NCBI GenBank assembly: GCA_903893925.1
Contig: CAITOC010000010.1
Span: 1-59,473, forward strand
DNA length: 59,473 nt
Direction of reading: 5' to 3'
Source: Candidatus Moraniibacteriota bacterium
Lineage (GTDB): Bacteria; Patescibacteriota; Minisyncoccia; Moranbacterales; UBA1568
A program made the position numbers and the translations under genes. Positions 42,724-51,242 of this stretch are shown here, piece by piece (the stretch's first letter is position 1; the number at the start of each line of letters is the position of its first letter). Under the pieces are notes generated by a model. That model made no database searches, was not told where the DNA came from, and was given only the letters and a program-made list of their open reading frames with translations.

Positions 42724-44502
42724 ATGAACGAAACGACACCAGAAGAAATCGTCGGCCCACTCCCTCAGGTATCCATCCCGGCCACAGTTACCGTGAAGGC
42801 TTTTTCCGATCGTCTGGACCTCCCGGTCGGACGGGTCATCACGGAACTCATGAAAAACGGCATCCTCGCGACTATCAATGAGGAAATCGACTTCGAGACC
42901 GCAAGCGTCATCGCGTCCGACCTCGGATTCGAGGCTGTACCTGCCGAAGAAGCAGGACAAGGAGACAAACCGCTCGACCTCGAAGGACTTCTCACTCTCT
43001 GTGCCGCAGAAAAAGAGGGCGACCGGAAACTCCCCGCGCGTGCGCCGATCGTGACCATTCTCGGACATGTCGACCACGGCAAAACGACACTCCTCGATAC
43101 GCTCCGCAAAGCGAGCGTCGCATCAGGCGAAGCCGGTGGCATCACCCAGCATCTCGGTACCTATCAGGTTCGCAAACGAGGGAAGCTCATCACGTTCATC
43201 GACACGCCAGGTCACGAAGCCTTCTCCGCGATGCGCAAACGAGGAGTCTCCATCGCCGACATCGCCATCCTCGTCGTCGCTGCCGATGATGGCATCCAGA
43301 AGCAGACCAAGGAGGTCATCACGTATCTCAAGGAGCGCGGACTCCCCGTCATCGTCGCCATCAACAAGATCGACAAACCCGAAGCGAACATCTCCCGTGT
43401 GAAGCAGGAACTCGCCGAGAACGATATCCTCATCGAGGAATACGGCGGGAAGATCCTTTCCTCCGAGATCAGCGCCAAGCAAAACATCGGTATCGACTCT
43501 CTCTTGGAAAATATCATCCTCCTGACCGACGTCGAGGAATTCGTCGCCGATGCCAAGCGTGACGGACTCGCCGTCGTCCTCGAAGCCCATCTCGACAAAC
43601 AGAAAGGCCCGGTCGCGACCGTACTCGTCCGGACCGGGACACTCAAAGTAGGCCAGGATATCATCGCCGGATCAGCGTTCGGACGTATCCGTCGTATGGA
43701 AGACTATACCGGAAAGAGTATCGAGACCGCCGGACCGTCGGTACCAGCTGTCATCTATGGCTTCCACGAAGCTCCGCAGACCAATGACGTCGTCTCGGTC
43801 GCGAGTGGCAAATCCTCGGCACGCGCCCGTTCCCAGGCAGTCGTCTCGGCAAAGGGGTTCAAGGCAAAGTCCGAAGAAGGCGACGAACGGAAAAAACTTT
43901 CGTACATCCTCAAAGCCGACGTCCAAGGATCACTCGAGGCCATCGGACAGATCCTCGGTACCATCGTATCCGACGAAGTCACGCTCGAGGAGATCTCGTC
44001 CGACGTGGGTGCGGTCACCGAATCCGACGTGAAGATGGCGGCCGGCGCCGGCGCGGTCATCTTCTCCTTCAACGTGGAACCGACTCCGGTCGCCAAACGA
44101 CTCGCGGAGAAAAACGCCGTCTCCATCGAGACCTTCAATATCATCTACAAGCTCGTCGACCGGGCGAAAGAACGCCTCGCCGAGCTCTTGCCACCGGAGA
44201 CTATCAGGACCGATTTCGGCCTCCTTTCGGTGCTTGCGGTCTTCAAGACCGGCAAGCGCGACCAGATCGTCGGCGGTCGTGTCAGCGAGGGGAAAATTTT
44301 GCGTAATTCACAGATCGAGATCCGTCGCGATAGCGAAATCATCGGCCAGGGGAAACTTCTCAATCTCCAACAAAACAAGCAGAATGTCGACGAAGTCGGC
44401 CAGGGGAACGAGTGCGGGCTTGTCTTCGAAGGCGGAGAAAAGGTCAAGGAAGGCGACACACTTGCCTGCTACAAAGAAGAGACTCGTCGTCGCACGCTCT
44501 GA
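42724..44502 (+). CDS. infB: Translation initiation factor IF-2 (short form, no long N-terminal extension)
   Basis: G-domain motifs [21 protein letters not shown]. The C-terminal region is typical of IF-2. Confidence 0.93.
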   Translation: MNETTPEEIVGPLPQVSIPATVTVKAFSDRLDLPVGRVITELMKNGILATINEEIDFETASVIASDLGFEAVPAEEAGQGDKPLDLEGLLTLCAAEKEGDRKLPARAPIVTILGHVDHGKTTLLDTLRKASVASGEAGGITQHLGTYQVRKRGKLITFIDTPGHEAFSAMRKRGVSIADIAILVVAADDGIQKQTKEVITYLKERGLPVIVAINKIDKPEANISRVKQELAENDILIEEYGGKILSSEISAKQNIGIDSLLENIILLTDVEEFVADAKRDGLAVVLEAHLDKQKGPVATVLVRTGTLKVGQDIIAGSAFGRIRRMEDYTGKSIETAGPSVPAVIYGFHEAPQTNDVVSVASGKSSARARSQAVVSAKGFKAKSEEGDERKKLSYILKADVQGSLEAIGQILGTIVSDEVTLEEISSDVGAVTESDVKMAAGAGAVIFSFNVEPTPVAKRLAEKNAVSIETFNIIYKLVDRAKERLAELLPPETIRTDFGLLSVLAVFKTGKRDQIVGGRVSEGKILRNSQIEIRRDSEIIGQGKLLNLQQNKQNVDEVGQGNECGLVFEGGEKVKEGDTLACYKEETRRRTL

Positions 44503-44603
44503 AAACATCAGGTATTCTCATTTTCAAGGAGCCTGAAATCCTCTCGGGTATTGATGTCGTAGACCTGTTTTCCGTCACAATTTGTTGGCTGTAATCAGTT
44601 CTA

Positions 44604-44689
44604 ATACCAAATGAACTGAATCACTGTTTCGTTCAGGAGTTCGCCCCGGCATTCGCGGGGCGAACTCCTCTGGTAGCGATATAACACAT
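44604..44689 (+). repeat. ~90-nt hairpin repeat family, copy D
   Basis: ataccaaatgaactgaatcactgtttcgttcaggagttcgccccggcattcgcggggcgaactcctctggtagcgatataacacat. A 14-bp stem AGGAGTTCGCCCCG/CGGGGCGAACTCCT is present. Confidence 0.8.
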
Positions 44690-44729
44690 TAGGTTGTTTC
44701 GGTATAAGTTGTCAGTTGTCAGTCTTCCT

Positions 44730-46253
44730 ATGAACTCTTCCTTCATCCCGACGCCGGTCCTCGGTATCCTCGATACGCTGAAAACAAGCGGTTATCAGGC
44801 GCATATCGTCGGTGGCTGTGTCCGAGACCTCTTCTTGGGACGCGAGCCGAAAGATTGGGATATCACCACGGATGCGAAGCCCGAGAAGGTCCTTACCCTT
44901 TTCCCGGACAGTTTCTACGAGAATGATTTTGGTACGGTCGGCGTCAAAGTCGAGCCCTTCCATAAGGATCGCCGACCGGATCGCGAGCACGACGTAATCG
45001 AGGTCACGACGTATCGGACGGAGTCGTCCTATTCGGACCGGAGACGGCCCGACCACGTCGAGTTCGTCACGTCGCTTACGGAAGACCTTTCCCGACGTGA
45101 TTTCACCATGAATGCGGTCGCCCTCGAAGTCAGGAACCAAGATTCCTCGTCCGAAGAAAAAAGTCGTCCGGTCGACATCGTCGATCCCTTTCACGGACAA
45201 GACGATATCCGGGATCGGCTCATCCGGACCGTTGGGAACCCGGAACAACGCTTCGGTGAAGATGCTCTGCGCATGATACGGGCCATACGGCTCTATGCCG
45301 AACTCCGCGAACCAGGAGTGGAGAATGGAAAAGGCTGGGAAATCGACGAATCGACCGTCGCGGCAGCAAAAAAACATGCCGGACTTCTTTCTCATGTCTC
45401 ACGGGAGCGTGTCCGGGACGAGTTCTCGAAGATTATCCTTTCCGGCAGTCCAAGTGAAGGCGTGGAACTGCTTCGGACGACCGGCCTTCTCTCCGACATC
45501 GTTCCCGAACTCGAAGAAGGGGTCGGCGTCGGACAGAACCTGCACCATACCTTCACCGTCTATGAACACAATCTCCGTGCATTGGAACACTGCCCCTCAC
45601 GCAAGCTCGAAGTCCGGCTCGCCGCACTCTTGCACGATATCGGCAAGCCCAAGACAAAACGCGGGGACGGCTATCGTTCGACCTTCTACAATCACGACCA
45701 TGTCGGAGCCCGCATGACGCGTGCGATCCTTGTCCGACTCCGATATCCCGTCGCGGTGATCGAGAATGTCACGATGCTCGTGGACAATCATCTCTTTTAT
45801 TACAATGTCGGCGAAGTGACCGAAGCATCGGTCCGACGACTCATCCGACGCGTCGGGCTCGAAAACATGAAGGATCTCATGGATGTCCGGATCGCAGACC
45901 GGCTCGGATCCGGGGTTCCGAAAGCGAAGCCGTACAAGCTCCGCCATCTCGAATACATGATCGACAAGGTTTCCAAGGATCCCGTCTCAGTAAAGATGCT
46001 TGCGGTGAACGGCTCGGATCTCATCAAGGAGCTCGCTCTGGCGCCCGGACCGAAAATCGGCGCCATACTCGACGTACTCCTTTCGGAAGTAATTGAAGAT
46101 CCGATACAAAATACCCGCGAGATTTTGCTTGGGAGAGCGAAAGATCTTTCAAACGAGAATCTCGAAACACTTCGCGAACGGGCGAAGGAAGTCATCGAGG
46201 AAAAACGCGATGAGGACGATAAAGACATCAAGAACCGACATAAGGTGGCATAA
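44730..46253 (+). CDS. cca: CCA-adding tRNA nucleotidyltransferase with HD domain
   Basis: ORF trimmed to ATG 44730. HIVGGCVRDLFLGREPKDWDITT, RRDFTMNA, LLHDIGKP. Confidence 0.85.
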   Translation: MNSSFIPTPVLGILDTLKTSGYQAHIVGGCVRDLFLGREPKDWDITTDAKPEKVLTLFPDSFYENDFGTVGVKVEPFHKDRRPDREHDVIEVTTYRTESSYSDRRRPDHVEFVTSLTEDLSRRDFTMNAVALEVRNQDSSSEEKSRPVDIVDPFHGQDDIRDRLIRTVGNPEQRFGEDALRMIRAIRLYAELREPGVENGKGWEIDESTVAAAKKHAGLLSHVSRERVRDEFSKIILSGSPSEGVELLRTTGLLSDIVPELEEGVGVGQNLHHTFTVYEHNLRALEHCPSRKLEVRLAALLHDIGKPKTKRGDGYRSTFYNHDHVGARMTRAILVRLRYPVAVIENVTMLVDNHLFYYNVGEVTEASVRRLIRRVGLENMKDLMDVRIADRLGSGVPKAKPYKLRHLEYMIDKVSKDPVSVKMLAVNGSDLIKELALAPGPKIGAILDVLLSEVIEDPIQNTREILLGRAKDLSNENLETLRERAKEVIEEKRDEDDKDIKNRHKVA

Positions 46254-46497
46254 GGACCGTAGGGAGTCGAAAGTCCGTAAAGTCTCTAAGAGCCTATCCC
46301 AATAGGGTCTAAGCCGAAAATACGGTTTGTCGTCTGAAATCCGAAAATTTCGGCTGTAAACCCTTCAAACCTCCTCGGGTTAGTTAGTAGCCCTCGACGA
46401 TTTTTAGTGTTTTTCACCCAGAGGGTGACCAACCTCTGGTTGGCGCTCAAACGAAATGTACGGATTTCAGTTCTCCCCTTCCATTTTTTCGGAAACC

Positions 46498-46506
46498 TGC
46501 TAGAAT
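46498..46506 (+). promoter_or_regulatory. Extended -10 box TGCTAGAAT upstream of tRNA-Pro(CGG)
   Basis: It lies about 49 nt upstream of the tRNA 5' end. Confidence 0.4.
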
Positions 46507-46554
46507 GGGACCTGTCGTCAAAAATACCTGATTTCTCTTTCAATAAGGGAAAAT

Positions 46555-46625
46555 CGGAGTGTGGTATAGTGGTATTACGCACGATTCGGGTTCGTGTAAT
46601 CCGGGTTCGATTCCCGGCACTCCGA
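46555..46625 (+). tRNA. tRNA-Pro(CGG)
   Basis: CGGAGTGTGGTATAGTGGTATTACGCACGATTCGGGTTCGTGTAATCCGGGTTCGATTCCCGGCACTCCGA. Anticodon loop TTCGGGT, acceptor CGGAGTG/CACTCCG. Confidence 0.85.
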
Positions 46626-46651
46626 CATTTTTTCCGGCGACACGCAACCGT

Positions 46652-46966
46652 ATGAAAATCACCGTAGACAGCCTCCCTGCCGATCCAGTCACGACGCTTC
46701 GCCGACTCGGGTATGCCTTTCAAAGGAAGGAGGGCGTCGAGATGAGTTTCGTCAGACCACTCGCACAATCAGGCTTTCCCCGTTTCCACTGTTATGCGAA
46801 AGTTGAAGGCGTTGGACTCGTCATCAGCTTCCACCTTGATCAGAAGAAGGAAACGTATGGTGACACGACCCGGCATCACGGAGAATACGAGGATGAAGGA
46901 CCCCTTAAGGAAGAAGCTGCTCGGATAATCGCATCACTCGGTCCAAGTGCTCGTATCACGGGCTGA
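46652..46966 (+). CDS. Hypothetical small protein (104 aa)
   Basis: ORF 46559.. overlaps the tRNA, so it was trimmed to ATG 46652 (MKITVDSLPADP...). No domain was recognised. Confidence 0.5.
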   Translation: MKITVDSLPADPVTTLRRLGYAFQRKEGVEMSFVRPLAQSGFPRFHCYAKVEGVGLVISFHLDQKKETYGDTTRHHGEYEDEGPLKEEAARIIASLGPSARITG

Positions 46967-47088
46967 TGCTAAAGAACCTGATTTGTTCTCTGTTGCTACC
47001 GGAGGAGTTCGCCCCGGCATTCGCGGGATACGTTGTGAGGAAGAGTGGCGTAGAGGATGCCGGACAAGTCTCGAGAGACATGTATATT

Positions 47089-47172
47089 GCCGAGGTGGCG
47101 AAATTGGTAGACGCACCAGGTTTAGGTCCTGGCGGGAGCAATCCCTTGGGAGTTCGAGTCTCCCCTTCGGCA
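47089..47172 (+). tRNA. tRNA-Leu(UAG)
   Basis: GCCGAGGTGGCGAAATTGGTAGACGCACCAGGTTTAGGTCCTGGCGGGAGCAATCCCTTGGGAGTTCGAGTCTCCCCTTCGGCA. It has a long variable arm and anticodon loop TTTAGGT. Confidence 0.9.
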
Positions 47173-47182
47173 CACAATTTTG

Positions 47183-47217
47183 AAAACGGTCCCAAGCGAA
47201 GTGCTGGGGACCGTTTT
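47183..47217. terminator. Bidirectional terminator (tRNA-Leu on +, 906-aa gene on -)
   Basis: AAAACGGTCCC..GGGGACCGTTTT. Confidence 0.6.
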
Positions 47218-47242
47218 CATATCAACATCATCGTAGCATCTG

Positions 47243-49963
47243 CTATCTCCGCCTCGTCTCATCGTCCGCCGGAGCATTCGGGATAAGTGAGAACACGAAT
47301 CCGACCGTGAAGAGAAGGAGTCCGCCAGAAAGTATCATGCGGATTGCAAACGTCAAAGCTGGTGGGACGTATCCGGACAGAGCGGCATAGAATTTCTTCA
47401 CACCGGAATCAGCCGCCGTGGGGAACGCGATATTCGTCACCTGAACGGATTTCGACACCGTAACTTCCGCAGTCTTCGTAGCATCGATACCCCAGATGTT
47501 CTGAAGGGCAAGCCTCGTCGAGGCAGGTTGCGCCAAGACAGCCGAGACAGAGATATTGGCGACATCACCCGTATTCCCGCCAGAAGTCGAGGTATTATTG
47601 ATCTCCATCACAGCCCACTCCGGCTCGACATGCCCATTCACCTGCCATTGCCTGGTAGAAATATTGCCGGCAAATGACGGGACGAACCGTGCCTTCATAT
47701 GGATGCCGGCACTAGACGCCTTTTCGAAGAAATTCTCGCTATAATCATCGTTTGTCGCTCCATTGAGACCGACGTACTGCCCAAGATAACGTGGCCACAA
47801 GAGAGTCTTGTCGACCGATTCAATCACGATGTCTGGATTGACGATATTGAACATACGAGTCAGCGTGACCGCCTTTCCAGTCGACGTATTCACGGCATCG
47901 AGCTTCACGTTGATAGTCGTTCCAGCCTCACCGGTGACCGCAAAGAATGCCTTGGACCCGTCCGTACAGTCAGGAGAGATGGACGTATCGCAGGCCAGGG
48001 ATTTTCCATCGATCTGCCAGCTGAAATCCTTGAGGTCATTGGCCGTATTGTCTATCTTCAGACCGATAATCTCGTTTTTCATGACCCGGCACGAAATTCG
48101 GTCCAGGTTCGTCATAGCATCCTGTGCCGTCTGCGGATTTGTGACGTAGTCGCTGCATATCTCATGCCCAAGCGAGACCGCTGTACCTGAATCGTTCGCC
48201 GTCGCCGCATACGAGCGGATTTTTTTGTCGGAATTGGAAACCTTGATGATGACATCGCTATGACCCGTCCGGTCACCTTGCGAATTGAAATTCTCCGTCG
48301 CCGTCGAGGTGATCCGCATATAGACCGGATTGGACGAAGCGAACGCTCCCAGGATGCTGTCACCCATATTGAGCGGTATCGAGATCGAATTCAGACCATT
48401 CCCCTTGGACACAGAAAGGAGCCCGGCGGATTTCAAGGAGCCCGTAATATCCGTCGGGTTGTTCATACCGGCGATATCGCTCAATTCCACTTTCCATTCA
48501 TAGGTGACTTCGGAATCAGCCTTGCTGGAATTCGTAATAGAAGCGGTCGCCGTAACCGTGTCCCCCGATTTCTCGCCCGTCTTGTCATTCGTCGGGTTAT
48601 CCGGCGTGGCCGACACGTCGAGCTCTATATTCTTCGAATTCGTCTGTCCGGCACCAAGTGGGTCGACAAGGTTGTCCTTCAGACACTTATTGAAATCGTT
48701 CCGACCCATGCTGGTAGTGGGAATAGTCACGGCATATCCTTTGATCGAAGCAGTGTAACTTCCCGTGTGAACGACCCGACACCCGTCTCCGGAGAACGCC
48801 CACATGATCATCATTGAGGAATCGTCGTGTTTCGTCGAAAGCATGGATGTCCCTTCCACGACGAGGCCGATCTGGTCGCCTTGCTGATAATTCCAGGTAA
48901 ACGTATCGCGACCGAGACCGACGACGTTCGCCTCGTCCTTGTTCCCGTTTTTAGCCGTGTCCGGATCGGCAGGATTTGTCCCCCAGAATCGTTCCTCTCC
49001 CGCCGTGAACCTTCCGTCTCCGGTAGTGTATCCGTCCGCATCCGGAAACAGATGCGAACATTTGTCCGCCGGCGGAGTAGCATTCCCCTGACAGGTCATA
49101 TTATTCTCGACCGCCGGATCGTACACGTAATTGAAAACGGGGTTTCCCGTACTGGGATCCGTATACGGTGCGACACGACGCTGCACGGTGTCCGAGAGGC
49201 CGAAGGTGCCGGATGCGACCGACGGATTGACACAACGGGTCAATTGCGTGCCCGTACAAGACGGTGTGCCGTTATCACTGCAGTTTGGCGGACCGTCGAT
49301 CTGATAAGCCGCGGTCGAAGAATTGTCGGCTGCGATATTTTGCACCGCCGAAAGACACGACGCCTGATATCCGTCCGTACCACAAGTAAAGATAGCAGGC
49401 GAAGACGACAACGGACCGAGTTCATAGAAAGTCCCGTTCGAAGGATCCTTGATATAGCACCAGGAGTTGTCGACCGACGTCTTGTCACCTCCGCCATAGG
49501 GGGCTTTGTATCCGTCATCATCGTCTGCCCCGGGCAGAAACCGGTTCACATCCGCTCCATCGTTTGCAAGCATCCGCATCGCCTCGGTTTTCCAGTCCTC
49601 AGGGTTGTTTGATCCACCTTTCCGTTTCAGGAACCAGGTAAAATACAACTGATTGGTCGGATTCGAAAAGTACAATGGGAACGCCTTGGCTGTGACTTTC
49701 TGTCCTTCTTTCGGATCCGACGGGCTGAAAGAAAGTGATACCTCCGGCGAGTATGCCTTCGTAGATGCGACATTAAAACTCTCGCCGACATTCTGAACCG
49801 AACTCTGATCGACGTGAAAGGTGCTTAAAACATCACCTATAACACTCGATGTTGACGGAATGGAAAGCGCGAACACGGATGCGACCGGAAAGACCTGTCC
49901 TAGAAGAAAAACGGCGGCTATTCCTGCGGAGCATATTTTCCGACAAAGCGTGTTCTGTTTCAT
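47243..49963 (-). CDS. Large (906 aa) secreted surface protein with C-terminal TM helix and terminal basic cluster
   Basis: ORF trimmed to ATG 49963 (signal MKQNTLCRKICSAGIAAVFLLGQVFPVASVFA). The middle is Cys-rich. The C-terminus is ..SGYVPPALTFAIRMILSGGLLLFTVGFVFSLIPNAPADDETRRR. No known domain was recognised. Confidence 0.7.
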   Translation of the reverse strand: MKQNTLCRKICSAGIAAVFLLGQVFPVASVFALSIPSTSSVIGDVLSTFHVDQSSVQNVGESFNVASTKAYSPEVSLSFSPSDPKEGQKVTAKAFPLYFSNPTNQLYFTWFLKRKGGSNNPEDWKTEAMRMLANDGADVNRFLPGADDDDGYKAPYGGGDKTSVDNSWCYIKDPSNGTFYELGPLSSSPAIFTCGTDGYQASCLSAVQNIAADNSSTAAYQIDGPPNCSDNGTPSCTGTQLTRCVNPSVASGTFGLSDTVQRRVAPYTDPSTGNPVFNYVYDPAVENNMTCQGNATPPADKCSHLFPDADGYTTGDGRFTAGEERFWGTNPADPDTAKNGNKDEANVVGLGRDTFTWNYQQGDQIGLVVEGTSMLSTKHDDSSMMIMWAFSGDGCRVVHTGSYTASIKGYAVTIPTTSMGRNDFNKCLKDNLVDPLGAGQTNSKNIELDVSATPDNPTNDKTGEKSGDTVTATASITNSSKADSEVTYEWKVELSDIAGMNNPTDITGSLKSAGLLSVSKGNGLNSISIPLNMGDSILGAFASSNPVYMRITSTATENFNSQGDRTGHSDVIIKVSNSDKKIRSYAATANDSGTAVSLGHEICSDYVTNPQTAQDAMTNLDRISCRVMKNEIIGLKIDNTANDLKDFSWQIDGKSLACDTSISPDCTDGSKAFFAVTGEAGTTINVKLDAVNTSTGKAVTLTRMFNIVNPDIVIESVDKTLLWPRYLGQYVGLNGATNDDYSENFFEKASSAGIHMKARFVPSFAGNISTRQWQVNGHVEPEWAVMEINNTSTSGGNTGDVANISVSAVLAQPASTRLALQNIWGIDATKTAEVTVSKSVQVTNIAFPTAADSGVKKFYAALSGYVPPALTFAIRMILSGGLLLFTVGFVFSLIPNAPADDETRRR

Positions 49964-49977
49964 AACGTTTTCAGGAT

Positions 49978-50640
49978 TTATCGTATGACGAGGATAAGGA
50001 CATCGGACAGGAAGAGTATGAGCCATGCGGACGCCCAGGAGTAGGAGACGGATCTCGTATAGTGTGCGACGAATCCGGACGCAAGCGAGGCAAAGAGGAG
50101 TGGGACATCTTGCCAGGTGATTCCCCTTCCGGACACGGCCAGAAAGGAAGCAAAGAGTCCTGTCTGAAAGAATACTGCCCAAAGACCAGCGTTCCTGAGC
50201 CAAAGAATCAGCACGAATCCCCGGAAAAACACCTCGTAAAGAAACGAGATCGCCCCGACCAACACCACCTCATAGAAGAGGAAAAATGGGAATGATGTGC
50301 GAATCACTGCCGGAAGACGATACGATGCCGCAACCGGAAAAACATGGAACAAGACATACCAAATCGAGAGAATCGGGACGACAGCCAACAAGACGGCAAC
50401 GGGTCCGTACCGACGGATACTTCCCTGAAAACCGAGAGCGGAGAGTGGCTCTCGCAGTACGAGTCGTACGAAGAATATCGGCAATGCGACGAAAAAGGCC
50501 ACGCCGAGCAGGACGGATTGTATCGTCACATTCAACCGTGCATCCGCCGGGAAAAACGCATAGATCGCGAGTGTCGCCACGGCGAACAGTCCCGTCAGCA
50601 GGGACTTCTTCCATCTGGAAAGGAGAGGGAGTATATTCAT
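49978..50640 (-). CDS. Divergent CPBP (CAAX protease / Abi) family intramembrane protein
   Basis: Start set at ATG 50640. FLYEVFFRGF fits motif 1 with only one of the two Glu residues. AHYTRS sits where motif 3 HxxxN/D is expected. The motif 2 His was not seen. About 6 TM helices. Confidence 0.55.
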   Translation of the reverse strand: MNILPLLSRWKKSLLTGLFAVATLAIYAFFPADARLNVTIQSVLLGVAFFVALPIFFVRLVLREPLSALGFQGSIRRYGPVAVLLAVVPILSIWYVLFHVFPVAASYRLPAVIRTSFPFFLFYEVVLVGAISFLYEVFFRGFVLILWLRNAGLWAVFFQTGLFASFLAVSGRGITWQDVPLLFASLASGFVAHYTRSVSYSWASAWLILFLSDVLILVIR

Positions 50641-50651
50641 ACGTTTATTCC

Positions 50652-50660
50652 AGTATACCA
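50652..50660 (-). promoter_or_regulatory. Extended -10 box TGGTATACT
   Basis: It lies about 11 nt upstream of ATG 50640 and overlaps the longer ORF-track start, implying a near-leaderless transcript. Confidence 0.4.
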
Positions 50661-50701
50661 ATTCTTTCCTTATTTTTGAAGAAGAAGACCGCTTCGTTCA
50701 T

Positions 50702-51226
50702 TCACTTCGCCACGTCAGTCGTCTTCGTCGGCACCTTCAAAAGCCGGAGGAGAAACGCCGCAATCGCCTCAAACGGGATAACTTCTCCGATGATCGGTAT
50801 ACCCGAAAGAGCACCGGCTGCAAGCAAAATCCCCTCACGTTTCAAAAAAAGCTTTGATCGTTCGTAAAATGGGAGGTGCTGCGAATTTGGATCGAGGTAG
50901 ACGATTATCGTCTGTACTGCTGTAAATCCGAATGAGATAACCCAGGAAACGCCGGGAATCCATCCGAGTGCGAACGAGAGGAACCATTCGAGTAGTCCTG
51001 TTACGACGCCGAGCAGCATGGTCGTCGTCGATAATTTCCCGATTCCGGAGGCGCCGGCAACTTGAGGCAACGGTTTCCTGTTGTTCAATCGGGGAAGTCT
51101 CTCTTTCGAAACCGGATCCGCGGACGGTCGTGGACGAGATTCGTTCATATCCGACGAAGGGAGCCGGTCTTTCGAGGCCGCTTCGTCACGAGAAGCCGTT
51201 TCCTGTATATACAAACGATCAGTCAT
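50702..51226 (-). CDS. Hypothetical membrane protein (3-4 TM) at the distal end of the T4SS-like operon
   Basis: ORF trimmed to ATG 51226, downstream of the VirB4 stop at 51243. Hydrophilic N-terminus, then TMLLGVVTGLLEWFLSFALGWIPGVSWVISFGFTAVQTIIVYL. Confidence 0.55.
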   Translation of the reverse strand: MTDRLYIQETASRDEAASKDRLPSSDMNESRPRPSADPVSKERLPRLNNRKPLPQVAGASGIGKLSTTTMLLGVVTGLLEWFLSFALGWIPGVSWVISFGFTAVQTIIVYLDPNSQHLPFYERSKLFLKREGILLAAGALSGIPIIGEVIPFEAIAAFLLRLLKVPTKTTDVAK

Positions 51227-51242
51227 ACGGTCGTATTCCGGA

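Noticed and set aside
46254-46500. RNase P RNA, suggested by GGGAGTCGAAAGTCCG resembling the P4 motif GAGGAAAGTCCGGGC
   Set aside because: The match is limited to GAAAGTCC, which belongs to the recurrent AAGTC array family. The region is too short and lacks the 3' P4 strand and the P10-12 motifs.
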